The notes under the pieces are model-generated. The model did no database searches, was not told where the DNA came from, and saw nothing but the letters and a program-made list of their open reading frames with translations. Both the position numbers and the translations under genes were made by a program. A stretch of DNA of 64,000 nt from Selaginella moellendorffii. Taxonomy: Eukaryota; Plantae; Lycopodiophyta. Shown piece by piece: positions 36,501 through 48,562 of the stretch (position 1 is its first letter; every line of letters begins with the position of its first letter). Location of the stretch: positions 166,908 through 230,907 of the forward strand of contig NW_003314300.1 in assembly GCF_000143415.4 (NCBI RefSeq), given 5' to 3'.

Positions 36501-38729
36501 GCTCTTCACTTGAGAAGTCCACCACTAATCTCAGTGGTCATTCGACATCTTCAGGCAGGCTCATCAACGAATTTTTTGTTCTTTTCTTGCTCTAGCTGAT
36601 ATAGTTCGATTTTTTTCTATTCAGGTTGTTGGACAAAATGGTGGCGAGGACGTTCTTGCGAGATGGCCAAATGGCAAAGGCTCAAGATCTGTTGAGGAGG
36701 TTTTTGGCGAGGTGCTCTCCTACTTGAGCACTGCCTGGGATGGGCTCTCGGATTCAGGTGTGTACACACTGGTTCTCTACAGAGTCTTATATTTTCTCTT
36801 GCAGATAAAAAGGAACTGTCACTCCATGCTTTTATACCAGTCGCCAATGGTACCCGTCTTGTAACAGCGAGCTCTCTGTACACAAGACTGGGCATGGATC
36901 TTGCTCCCTACATTTTCGAGGCTCCAAGAGCTTATCTTTCATACGTGGACATCCTTTCGGCTCTTGGGATGCATTACGACCCAACGGTTCCAGCAATGGT
37001 AGCTCTCCTTGTCCAACTCCAGCAAACAAGCGGTTTTCACCACCTCAACCCCAACGAGCTTCAAGCCGTGCTTTCGATCTTGCGTTTCATCTGGGAGACC
37101 TCAAAGAAAAGCGACTTAAGCACTGTAGACGTTGTTGTTCCCGACGAGACCGCAAGGCTGGTCCATGCCAGCGCTTGTGCTTATGTTGACGCTGCTGGAG
37201 CCCGTTTGGTCGAAAATATAGACACGACCAAGCTGAGGTTCGTGCATCCGAGCCTTCCGGTGGCGCTCTGTGACGTGCTGCATGTGAAGAAGCTCTCAGA
37301 GGCTGTTCTTGAGGTAAGCTTGCTATTCAATTTCTGTTATAGAATTGATTTCCTGTCGATGGTCGTAGGAAATTGATGACTCGGAGCCTCTGGAGTATGT
37401 GGATTCTCTTGGTGAGTATTCACTGTCGGCCGTGAAGGCTCAGCTTGGGAGCAACGCTTTTGCATGCTCGGTCCAGTCACTCCGTGGACCGCACCAAATC
37501 ACCGAGCAGCATATCTTGGATACTCTCCAAGCAGCGTGCGAGAAACTTAAGTTCGTCAGACGACTTCGCACAAAGTTTTTGCTGGTACCGAGTCTGAAAG
37601 ATATTACTCGAGCGGGCCAGCATCAAGCTTTTCTCTTCATCAGCCGATCACAGACCACCCTCCTCGTAGCGGAACCGCCAACTTTTATTGCTCTTCCGGA
37701 TCTACTCGCAGTTCTTGTCAGCCGGCTTCTGGAGTGCTCGGTTAGCCTTCCTCTCGGACCGTTTTTCAAAACTGGCGTGGGTGACAAACTAGACCAGGTT
37801 GCCAGAATCATTGCCACGGGCAGTGAAGCCGATCGTCAGGGAAGAGATGGGGGAGTGGAGGCATTGCTTGGATCATCAGTAGCTCCAGTTGATGCCAGGG
37901 CCCTCCAGTTTTGTCCACTGAGACCGTTTTACAGTGGAGAGGTTGTAGGATGGCACAGAGATGGACAACAGTCGCAGATCAAGTATGGTCGTGTTGTGGA
38001 GGATATTAGAGCCCCCGCAGGACAGCCGTTGTTTCGGATCCACGTCGAGACCAGTCCGGGACAAGTGGAGATTCTCTCGTCATCCAACATTTTATCTTTC
38101 AAGAGCACGGGTGGAGGCTCATCCGCTTCAAGTGAACAGGCAGCCGTTGTTCTTGGTGCTGCGGGCGAAAGTAGTGAGGAAACAACGATGGGAAGGGGCC
38201 CAGAAAACTTATCAACCTCCCGGCATGAGGTAAGTTTCTTCTATTCTTTTTCTTCTTCGTTTCTACCTGTAGAACTCATAACTTGGAATGATTCATTGCA
38301 GAAAAATGAAGCAGCTATTCTTGGGGTTGCAGGCTACGCACAGGCGATTACAGACATTCTAACTTCGCTAGGACTTCCTCTCACCCTCGAGAGACAATCG
38401 CTGCTCGAACACACGCTCTCTCTCCAGGAGCAGCTCAATTCCTCTAACGCATCTCTCCTCTCGGAGCAAGTAAGTTTTCATTTTCTTTCCTCGTCTTGTT
38501 GGTCGTGCTCACAAACGGCTTTGCTACTCAGGAACGAGCAGATGCCGCAGTGCAAGAGGCCGAGACGCTCAAGTCGTCGTGGACATGTAGGATATGCCTG
38601 AACTCCGAAGTGAATTCCCTCCTCGTCCCCTGCGGCCATGTCCTGTGCCATAGCTGCTGCTCCTCGCTCTCAAGGTGCCCGTTTTGCCGCCAGTTTGTCA
38701 CCTCCATCCACCGAATGTTTCGACCTTAG
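24533..38729 (+). CDS. Sacsin-like protein (three GHKL/Hsp90-like SRR repeats) with C-terminal RING finger, roughly 4,500 aa
   Basis: FGQ...LKEMIQNADDAGA...GRFGIGFNSVYH and FGQ...LFELLQNADDAGA...GRFGLGFNSVYH, a degenerate third repeat, and terminal CRICLNSEVNSLLVPCGHVLCHSC...CPFCR. The ORFs join through short introns. Confidence 0.93.
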
Positions 38730-39052
38730 CTCAGCAGTGTAAGCTCTCTCGTTCTGTTTTGTTTTTCATCTGTTATTGGTTCTTTCAGCTCGTCGCGATT
38801 GGAGACTCCAGCTTGGCCCGAGAATAGTGCACACGAAAGCTCAAACTCACAGCCGTGAGCACCTTTTTTTTCTTTCTGGCTGACTTGAAACTGTTTTCTT
38901 TACCTTGACAGTTAGTCGTTAGGTTTCATGGCCGCATGACAGTCCCAAGCATCATCTTCATGGATTCGTTGGAGCTGGCGATTGATCGTGATCCGGGCCG
39001 AGAGAAAGGCACCTCCATCCGTGCTTGACGAGAGCAAAAACTATCGACCGCG

Positions 39053-40242
39053 ATGGCGCAAATGTTCTACAACCAGCTGGGAAGCACAGGCCTCAAGGTG
39101 AGCGCTCTTGGCTATGGATCCTGGGTGAGCTTTGGGAATCAAATGGAGACCAAGGAAGCCAAGGTGCTCATGGCCAAGGCCCGAGAGTTTGGCATCAACT
39201 TCTTCGACAGCGCCGAGGTGTACGCCAATGGCCGGGCCGAAGAAATCATCGGGGAAGTTGTCAAGGAACTTGGGTGGCGGAGATCAGACCTGGTGATCAC
39301 CACCAAAGTTTTCTGGGGAGGAGCCGGTCCCAACGACAAGGGCCTCTCGCGGAAGCACATAATCGAGGGGACCAAAGGCTGCTTGGAGAGGCTCCAGATG
39401 GACTACGTGGATATCATGCTGTGTCACAGGCCGGATACCTCCACTCCGATCGAGGAGACAGTGAGAGCTATGAACTACATTGTGGACAATGGCTGGGCCT
39501 TGTACTGGGGGACGAGCGAATGGAGTGCTCAGCAGATCACCGAGTGCTGGGAGATTGCCAGGAGGCTGGGGATGATGGGGCCGATGGTGGAGGAGCCCGA
39601 GTATAATCTTCTCGCGAGAGAAAAGGTTCGTGGAGGTGGTGTTTTCTCATCTTGTGTTCTCCAACAGTCTGGTTTTCCAAATAGGTGGAGGTGGAGTTTC
39701 TTCCGTTGTACCAAAACTATGGCTTGGGAGTCGCGACTTGGAGTCCATTAGCATCGGGGGTCTTGACGGGGAAGTATAGCAAAGGAGTGATCCCAGCGGA
39801 CAGCCGGTTTGCTCTCGACAACTACAGTGTAAAGTTGCTCCATTTGCGCTACAAAGTGTTTGCTTTGGAGTAATCTAACCAGTGCGATCATCGTGATTTT
39901 CCAGAACTTGGCGAGTCGATCTTTGCTTCCAGACGTCTTGGGCCGAGTTGACAACTTGAAACCCATCGCCAGAGAGCTGGGGATCTCACTGGCGCAGCTG
40001 GGGATAGCGTGGTGTGCCTCGAATCCAAACGTGAGCACTGTGATCACTGGAGCTACGAAAGAAAGCCAGGTACTACATTGTCTCACTCAAAGCTTCGTAG
40101 ATCAAAGCTTGGATCTTTTTCTTTTCAGCTCGTGGAGAATGTCAAGGCGCTGGAGGTGATCCAGAAGCTAACTCCGGAGCTCATGGACAGAATCGAGTCG
40201 ACCATTTTGAGCAAGCCAAAGAAACCCGAAGTGTTTAGATAG
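39053..40242 (+). CDS. KAB1: Voltage-gated K+ channel beta subunit (aldo-keto reductase family)
   Basis: [66 protein letters not shown], 3 short introns. Confidence 0.93.
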
Positions 40243-40309
40243 AACAGGCTTATATATATAATAGCTATCCTTTTCTTCGTTACGGGGTTTTAGGGTTCTT
40301 CGTGTAACT

Positions 40310-41395
40310 ATGGAGCTGGAAGAGATCCAAGGCATCGCCTCCATTGCGCTGCTTCCATCCGGCTCTATCTCGGGTCACTTCGTCCACCCTCCATCGTCTT
40401 CATGCCTCGGTTTGTATGGAACAGGTAAGAGAAAAACCTTTGGGTTTTAGCGAAGACGATGATCCATTTCTTTTCTTCCTTGTCGCTCCTAGAAATCCCT
40501 TGCGCGCGAGAATGCAGCCGAGCGGAAGACTATCGCCTCATCAATCTCACGCTGCTGGACTACAGAGTATGGGATCGATCGATTTGTAGCTCCGTTTTCA
40601 TGGTTTTTCTTGGTGTTTTTTCTCTCTTTTTTTTCCAGACTAAGAAGGAGACGAGCGTGATCGTCGAGTGTAGAGGACAGGACGCTTCGCGGTTCCACAA
40701 TGTGGATGATGTTCATGGGTGAGAGAAAATCTCTCTCTCTCCATCTTTCTTTTGAGCTAAGCTGTGGTTTAATTGTTCCGATAAGGTGGGAAGAGGATGT
40801 GATCAAAGCAGCGAAGGCGAGCGATCCAAACAACCATCTCCAAATCTCGTTCGAGTGTGAGACTCTCAAAGCCGACGAGGACGCGGAGAGACACTTGCAA
40901 AGGTTTCTTCCAGCGCTCGCCAACAAAGGAGCTGTCGGTAAAGCTGTCACCTTTCTCACAAGCTATGGAAGCTAAAAACCTTTGCTTCCGTTCTTTTCCT
41001 TGGCAGTTAACATTGGCACCATGAAGATCAAGGGTCTCGACCTGGAAGAACTCACGAGATCGTCCAACCAAGACGCTGTCACTGGCAAAGCATCCCTGCA
41101 ACCAAACACTCCAGAGCCCATCGATCCAGAGTTCACGCTACACGACCAGGTGGTGGAAGTGAAAACGATGGAGCAACTCCAGCTCGATCCAAGCCCGCAA
41201 GACATGACGGACGAGATCGGCAAGCTGCTCGAGGAGGAGCTCCAAGCCGAGGGACTGGCCGATGCTCCAGTGGAGTTTTCATTCTCGTGGAAGGATCAAC
41301 TCAACCCGTCCCTGCGGATCAAAGTTCCAAAGGAGGAGGAGGAGGATCTGGACGAAGAAATGCCGGAAGAATCCCTGGCATCCAACACGAGCTAG
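40310..41395 (+). CDS. Plant protein of unknown function with acidic tail
   Basis: Spliced ORF MELEEIQGIASIALLPSGSISGHF...CARECSRAEDYRLI...VECRGQDA...ISFECETLKAD...VNIGTMKI with four GT-AG introns. It resembles an uncharacterised land-plant family from memory. Confidence 0.75.
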
Positions 41396-41549
41396 AGTTA
41401 CGTCAAAGATCGCCAAACTTTCCATCGATCTTATTCGTAGAAGAATCCAATCCAGTGTACACTTTTTCGCTCGTAAATCCACTGGAGCTCCTTGAGCTCT
41501 TATAGATCCACAAACTTATATCTTAGATCTATACAAACCGAGAAGAAAC

Positions 41550-42494
41550 TTACGAGGATTGACGAGATTTTGTCACTCCAATGCAAGCATCAATGAGATC
41601 ATCGTCGTCGACAAAGTCCTGCGACAAGATCTGGAGATGATCACCCAGTCCCTTCTTGTAAGCCTGCGAGATGAAGAGCCGCGCTCTCGGCCGGATCCTG
41701 TTCGTCACCGGATAGACGCAAAGGATGGCGCTGGTCACCTGCGGCGTGCAAGTGTTCTCCACGCGATAGAAGTACTTTCGATCCTTGTTCGCCGGATGCT
41801 CTCCCAGATGCTTCATGTTCGCGTTGAACTTGGCGAGTGGAAGATCGGTGTCGGTCCAGTTATCCTTGAGGAAGGCCGAGCTGAAGAGCAAGCTCCCGGG
41901 CGATGGAGCCGCGGTCTTCCTCGGCTTCCAGATGCAAATCACTCTCTTGGGCAGGATCTCCTCGAGCGTCTTGTCGAAAACGTTGGCGTCGTGGGTGACG
42001 AGGTTGTCAGCTCCGATCTGGTCGACCAGCCACTTGTCATACTCGGGAGGATCATCGTAGCCAAACTCGGTCCTCACTTCCAGGATCACCACCTCGGACT
42101 TTGTCTCGGAGAGGAACTTCTTGAGACTGGCGATGACAGTGTCGGCTTTGTAGCTCTTGAGAATGCCGTGGCAAACTCTTCCAGTGCTCTCCACCCGGAT
42201 GTCAAACACGCGGACTCCCTGGCAGAGCTGCTTGTAGATCGAGAGGGACTGGCACTGCGCGAATGGCCGCGACACGCCATAGATTCCAATCTTGTCCGTG
42301 GCGGAGTCGTGAGTTCCCGGCCATAGCACGTCTCTCACCTTGATCCTTCCCAGCTCCAGCGTCGACATCCATTCCTTGTGGTTGTCGCTGCGGTAGTCCG
42401 AGCCTGGGAACTCGGTGCCCTCTTTCTTCTCCAGCTCGGTCAGCTCCTTGGCTTCCGCGATAGCGGCCTTCTCGGAGGAGATCCTTGCGCCCAT
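41550..42494 (-). CDS. PI-PLC X-domain (PLC-like phosphodiesterase) protein, intronless
   Basis: WPGTHDSAT, CQSLSIYKQLCQGVRVFDIRV, VCHG, SEVVILEVR. ATG at 42494 (the ORF track uses an upstream TTG). Confidence 0.9.
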   Translation of the reverse strand: MGARISSEKAAIAEAKELTELEKKEGTEFPGSDYRSDNHKEWMSTLELGRIKVRDVLWPGTHDSATDKIGIYGVSRPFAQCQSLSIYKQLCQGVRVFDIRVESTGRVCHGILKSYKADTVIASLKKFLSETKSEVVILEVRTEFGYDDPPEYDKWLVDQIGADNLVTHDANVFDKTLEEILPKRVICIWKPRKTAAPSPGSLLFSSAFLKDNWTDTDLPLAKFNANMKHLGEHPANKDRKYFYRVENTCTPQVTSAILCVYPVTNRIRPRARLFISQAYKKGLGDHLQILSQDFVDDDDLIDACIGVTKSRQSS

Positions 42495-43059
42495 CTTGCG
42501 AATCTCTCCCTTCTCTTCTCTCGGGAGGAAATGGGAGATCAAAGCATGGGAGAGCTAGCGCTAGAAAACTACGCTAAGAGTGCCCACATTCTTACATTCG
42601 CGCGAAGAGGACAAAGCTTCTCCAGCTCACGCCATTGGATAAGTGGCCTTGAACGTAGATCGTATGTAGCTGTGACTTGCTGGCCATACAGCAAGAAGCA
42701 CGTGGGCACCCTTGGTTGGACCACGTCTTATAAGCTTTGACAGGCTCATTCATACTGTTTACAAGGTTCCCAAGAAGCATGGATGAATTCAAGCAAGCTG
42801 CCCTGATGATCATCTCTGCTGTTCGGCAGCTAATGTGTTCTGCGGCATTCCCCCTCAGGTGTGCCGAATGTCCACTCTCCTCCAGATCTCTTGTGCTTTT
42901 GGGCGACCCCTTGTGTAGTGGTTGATGTAGTGATGCCACCAGCTTGCATTATGTTGTGGTCTTGGTGTGTGAGTTCATTCTCCTGCAAGAATTTGCACAA
43001 TTGGATCATCTATCTTGTATAGCCAAGGATGACATGGAAGGTTGGAACCTGAAGGGATA

Positions 43060-44090
43060 GGTGGCCTTTCAAGGTGTTTATATGTAGCACAATCATTGAC
43101 AATGTGGTTTACATCTTCCACCTTCTCAACACAGGTGGGGCAGAATTGCAGTTCTCACTTGGTGGGACATCTTAGTTCTTTAGTGGGAATTTCTCAAAAC
43201 GGTGCAGTAACTTCCAAGAATCCTCTGAACTGCTGATGCATGTTGACTGTGGTAATGTATTTGTCTGAGAGTGGGCACTCCTGTTGCAACCCGTGTCTCC
43301 ACCTGAACTCATCTAAAACATCCGCTTTGATATTTTAGTAGAGCTCTGGATGATCAACTCTGGAGGGATGTCAAGCTCATGTAGGCGTTGAAAGAGTTCG
43401 CTATGTGAGACTTGATCAAATGTCTTGACAATGTCAACCTAGCATGCATATATTAATTGAGATGGAGTGTGACAGAGCGCGACCCTCACCATGATCAAGT
43501 GGTGGATACACAAATAATGCAGGTGGGAGCTGGTGGCTGGCTGCTCTACATACACCCTCGCCACTCTGTCCATGTGGCAAGTAATTTCTCGACTACCTTT
43601 GCCAAGAGCTTGGCCAAAATTATGGTGATTGTGCACTAGTTGGTCGGGCATAATGGATCTCCAGCCTTCTGGATTGGTACCACATGATTGATGCTCAGGA
43701 GTCCGAACTCCAGGATCTTATTAGAAATTAGAGCTAACCAATGCATTGAATGTTTGGAGAAGTTCAGCTGTGAAGCCGTAGACATCAGCCACAGATCTTC
43801 AAGAAGTTAGATTGAATCTATCTATTCTGCCATGATCTCAAAATGCCAAACCACTGGAATTGTAAAGGCAGAGGATTATTCAATTCATACAGTTAGCTGG
43901 ATCCATGTGTCCACGTCCTTGACAATCACTAGTTCACACTGCTTCCAGAAGATGCAATATGCTCTTGAGGGCTGGTGTCACACCTGCCAGACTTGCCAAA
44001 TGTTCATGGGCTTGGTATGGAATCTACCTCAAGCACTTTAGTTTTTCTGAAAGTGTAGCTGTAATAGCATCATACAGAGTTCAACATTCT
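43060..44090 (-). mobile_element. Degenerate non-LTR retrotransposon (LINE) ORF2 relic
   Basis: Minus-strand translation gives VVPIQKAGDPLCPTN..ITIILAKLLAKVVEKLL, YAC*VDIVKTFDQVSHSELFQRL, GLQQECPLS, and a CCHC-like FCPTCVEKVEDVNHIVNDC. Confidence 0.8.
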
Positions 44091-46956
44091 TCATTCGACA
44101 TGGCTTTTAGGTTAGTTATAATTTAAACAATAAACCCCTCTTAATCCATTCTATTTAATATTAATCAGAAGAATTAAACATAGAAATTGAAAATAATTTA
44201 AAATCAAGAAGGAAATCTGTGTGTATATGGAATATAGAAATAAAATACAGAAATATGCATATTAATAAACACAAAAACTCTATCTTATATACACAAGCAA
44301 GAGGTCTGGATTGAAGCTAATTCAATAGCTATTAAAATCCTATTATGTTAATATTAGTGTACAGCCATTTATATTAGTATGTGGCATTATAATTGTACAA
44401 TTAAACTTCACATCTTCCCCTCCTTTCAAAAGGATAGAAGGTAATTAAAGTTCTTTGGTTGACAGAATAGGATCTAGAAGAACATTAAAAGGAGGCACTG
44501 ATAGATTTATATATGGTATTAATTGCTTATGATCCCTTTGTACAAAGCATTTCAACCATTACACATACATAATATTTAGAGGATTAGCCTATTGAATGTT
44601 ATGCCAAACTTTACAAATTTGTTGTTTAACTTGCCACAACACTTGATATAATCCTTTCTACTGAGTAAGAATCCCTTTAAACAAGCCATGTACTGTAAAA
44701 TTGGGAAAACAAACAAACACCAAGTCATCTACTTTATATTCCATAAGTAGATAATGGTAATAGTTGTAGTGTTATTATTGTCCCACTTGTATGTAGCTTA
44801 ATTATTCAGTAAACTTTGCTCAAATAAGTGGAAGAATGCTTCTCAAATACTAATTCCAGGATCTAGCATCATCATAACAATCACGAAAGTAAATTCAACT
44901 CTATTAGTAGTATTTGATCATGATTATATAATAGTTTATATGATGAAGCACCAATAAAACTCTATGAAGCACCAATAAAACATATGTATACTAAAGAGAC
45001 AACAAATAACCATCCCAATTCAAATGTTAAAAGTTCATATACTTTGTAATCATCCTTTTGAATGTCTAAACAAGCTATTACACCAAACCATTTGTCTGTG
45101 CATGATAGCACTTGTGAAAGTGCAACATATCCCCAACTAATGTTAAAATGTGAAATACCTCAAGCATAAATATGGGACCATTATTCGAGAGAATCTGCTC
45201 CAGACATGAATGTTGGAACATCATTCAATTGAAGAAGAAATATCTTATAGTAGTTGCAGATACACTAGCAAGTATACCAACTTTCACCTACTAAGTCAAA
45301 TATTCAAAAGCAATAATAATATACTCATTGCCAGTAGTCAACCATGAAAAAGTCCCTATCAGATCAATTGCCACCAACTCAAATGGATAGAAAATTACAA
45401 TTGACTCCAACCACCAAACATAACTCTGCATATACTGAAAAATATCACGTCGCATCTTTAACCAATGAAAAGACCTATATAGCTTCTCGCTCACACAACA
45501 ATGTCCTATATGTTTACCTAAAATAGGCGAATCATAGTAGGTATGGAGAAAATGTGGAATAAATATCAAAGGCACCACTAATTATAAATGATCATTAGGA
45601 TCCATCCCCACAAAATAAAGAAGATCGTCTTTAAGGCGAAATTGAGAATGTAAATATCAAAATGGCAAATCATCAGCAAATGATGCAAAATTCTCAAATA
45701 TATTGCAAAGCTTTTGAATCCACGAGTCAAATTTTTGAGCCTCATGACCCTCGTCAAAAGAAGGTAAATCTTACTTCACACCTTGTAGACATTGAACATC
45801 AAGTATGGCAACTGCCAATAACACGAAATCTTTGTTTAAAAAATCCATAGATACTAGAACAATAGGCTTATTAGAAAAGTGAATAAAGGAATAAAACAGA
45901 AATATAGGAAGAAGTAATGGGGAGACAAAAGTGATGGAAGCAGAAATAAAAGCAAAAGGACGAAGAGAAATAAAAGTAATAAGAAAATATAAGATAAGGG
46001 GTGAAACCTTAAAATCATGGAAGTGTTGCAACCAATCTATACCAAGGATGAGGTCAAAAGTTTGATTCAGTACCACCTGTAATAACTGAAACTCAAGTTC
46101 AAGATCAGCCACATGCATAATTAAATCTACCCCATTCCGTACACATGCATATATATAGTTGTTGCTAGAAAGAATGAAAATTAGCTTTACTGTATGATAC
46201 AAATGTAGACGAGAATATGTAGTAATAGGTCGAATAATAGAAGATAAACTCGAGTCTATATCAACTAACATGAAGAGAATAATAGGAAACCTTTTGTTAT
46301 AAAAACAAGCTTGGAAACTAAACACTATATGAATTGGTGCTTGTAAACCCCTTAATGATACTCTTGAAAGAAGGATAGAGAGTCACCAACTTATTCATAT
46401 AAGGACCCTTTACTACTTGTGTGACTTTTCATTTCCCAAAAGCATTTTGGTGTCTAAACCTTTCATTACAACATCACCAATAAGACATTGTTGACATCAA
46501 GATCTCCACCCAAAAAATGGAAGATGCCAATCTAAAAAATATTGATGATGCCATTATGTGATCAACATCATCATATACCCAATAACAAATATCACAACCA
46601 TGACCATATCCTTGCTCTTGTCCTTAAACTTGGGTAACAACAACATCAACCTCCATTAGAATAAAACCATCTCTCATAGGAGTGGAGTTGAAGGATGTGC
46701 AACAAAAAATAAAATCTTACAAAGTGCTAGCCATAACATTCCCAACTTGATCCACTTTGACATATTTGTCTTTGCACAAACTAAGAGGCTCCGAAAATGA
46801 ATGCCAAATTCCATTACTAAGTCAAATGGCCCTTAATAAAAATAATGCAATTTTTGGAATGCATTATCATAATCATCAGTATGTCTAATGTGCATTTCAA
46901 AAAATCCAGAAGAATGCCCTAATCTGCACAAATAGTTACACTTAAATCATTGTACC

Positions 46957-47418
46957 TGTAGCGCATGTGATCATGGGATGAGATTTGGATATACTGTCAC
47001 CATGGATCCTTGGAACCTTGGGAGATAAATGGGGATAAAATAGCCACTAAGGGCTCTCTCATCAAGCAATTGCCCCTTTTCCAGTTGGCTTAAGGGGAGA
47101 GAGATAAGGTGCGCTACAGTTGGTATCGGAGCAAATGGCACGGGTTCGATTCCCATTGATTAGTGGCTACTTAAAAAGTATAATATACCCTTGAGCAAGG
47201 TATATTCCTACCCCTAAATTTGAAATCGTACGTATTGGGCATCCATGCGTACGTCCTTCCTCTTGTGTGGAGTATCCACGGACGAAGGTATCCACCGTGG
47301 GACTGCGGTACGGGTGGATGACTAGTTGCCTCACATGGAATAACTGGTCTACACAATGAAAGGATTAGTAGATTGAGTGTGGAAATGGCTTAAGGGGAGA
47401 GAGATAAGGTGCGCTACA
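46957..47418 (+). mobile_element. Miniature LTR (TRIM-like) element nested in the gypsy relic
   Basis: Termini TGTAGCGCA...TGCGCTACA, 5-bp TSD GTACC (46952-46956 and 47419-47423), first LTR ending 47118 followed by tRNA-iMet-type PBS TGGTATCGGAGC (47121-47132). Confidence 0.88.
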
Positions 47419-47672
47419 GTACCACTACAATGCCGTCCCTTAAAGACATATAGGAAACTCACATAAATGTTGAGCATCATCCCAAGAATGATATATAGCA
47501 ATCACCAGCTGATCTACACAATGGAAGGATTGGTAGATTGAGTGTGGAAATGGCTTAAGGGGAGAGAGATAAGGTGCGCTACAGTACCACTACAATGCCG
47601 TCCCTTAAAGACATATAGGAAACTCACATAAATGTTGAGCATCATCCCAAGAATGATATATAGCAATCACCA
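47348..47672. repeat. Tandem duplication, period 165 bp
   Basis: tctacacaatg...gtgcgctacagtacc...caatcacca occurs twice, nearly identical. Confidence 0.93.
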
Positions 47673-48019
47673 TAAAGTGATTAAACCAATAGTACACATC
47701 ATCCTTAGAATTCCCACAGAAGAACTTCAGCTAGACGTGAGGATTGGCAATAAGAGTAAGAGGAATTGTACCATGCATCATAAATGCTGTTATCAATTGA
47801 GTCTGATTGTTCAACTATAATTGCATAGCATTGAGCAATTGCACCAATTATTTCTCTAGAGTGAAAAGAGGAGGAGGTTGTTACTCTACCATAAAGATGA
47901 ATAAAAAGATAAAAACAAAAGAGAAAAAATTGAAAAAGCTATAAAGAAAGTGAGATAAAGTTAAATTTAAACCAAAATCCCAAATCCAAGCACTCTTTAA
48001 AGAAAATCAAAGATGCCCT

Positions 48020-48562
48020 TCACTTCCACCAATATGAGTGTATACAATATAGAAATAGAATACAGAAATATATATATCAATTAGCCCATCATATCAAGTG
48101 ATATATTACCTGCTGGGCTTGCATGATTGAAACATATGGAGTAAGTTGTTTTGACGGGTCATTCTACTTCATAATTCGACCATTGGAACTACATACCAAT
48201 ACATTGTCATGAGTCAGACCACCCATCAGCTTTTTTGCAAGAAATGCTTTCACTGACACTAAGACAACATTGGCAATTGTCAAATTTCCAATTCATCTAA
48301 AAGTCAATTCATTGAATTGACTTCAGTCTAGAAAACTTATTATTGTATATAAGTTATGGTTTTTGGGCTAATTGATATATATATATCTGTATTCTATTTC
48401 TATATTGTATACACTCATATTGGTGGAAGTGAATTAGTCTGACTCACGACAATGTATTGGTATGTAGTTCCAATGGTCGAATTATGAAGTAAAATGACCC
48501 GTCAAAACAACTTACTCCATATGTTTCAATCATGCAAGCCCAGCAGGTAATATATATCACTT
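48020..48562. repeat. Two interleaved inverted repeats (A-B-X-A'-B')
   Basis: 48020-48087 vs 48365-48432, and 48097-48219 vs 48437-48562. Confidence 0.9.

Larger units (their letters stand above)
44218..48087 (-). mobile_element. Degenerate Ty3/gypsy LTR retrotransposon lacking recognisable RT/RNase H
   Basis: 3' LTR 44218-44412 (TG...CA), PPT aaaggaggggaaga at 44413-44426, integrase remnants (SPILGKHIG..FHWLKMRRDI..PFELVAIDLIG) ~45.0-45.6 kb, protease remnant FDLILGIDWL ~46.05 kb. PBS-like TGGTGGAAGTGAAGGG ~48016-48031 lies beside a 5' LTR remnant matching the 3' LTR. Confidence 0.8.

Noticed and set aside
41559-42326. Long antisense or alternate-frame ORFs (also 10367-11137, 2663-3292, 24305-24892)
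   Set aside because: Shadow ORFs of GC-rich coding strands with no recognisable motifs.
46957-47118. Cassandra element (5S-containing TRIM)
   Set aside because: No recognisable 5S rRNA A/C-box segment in the LTR.
47348-47672. CRISPR-like array from the thrice-repeated 33-mer tggcttaagggg...gcgctaca
   Set aside because: Explained by LTR ends plus a tandem duplication. Eukaryotic context with no cas genes.
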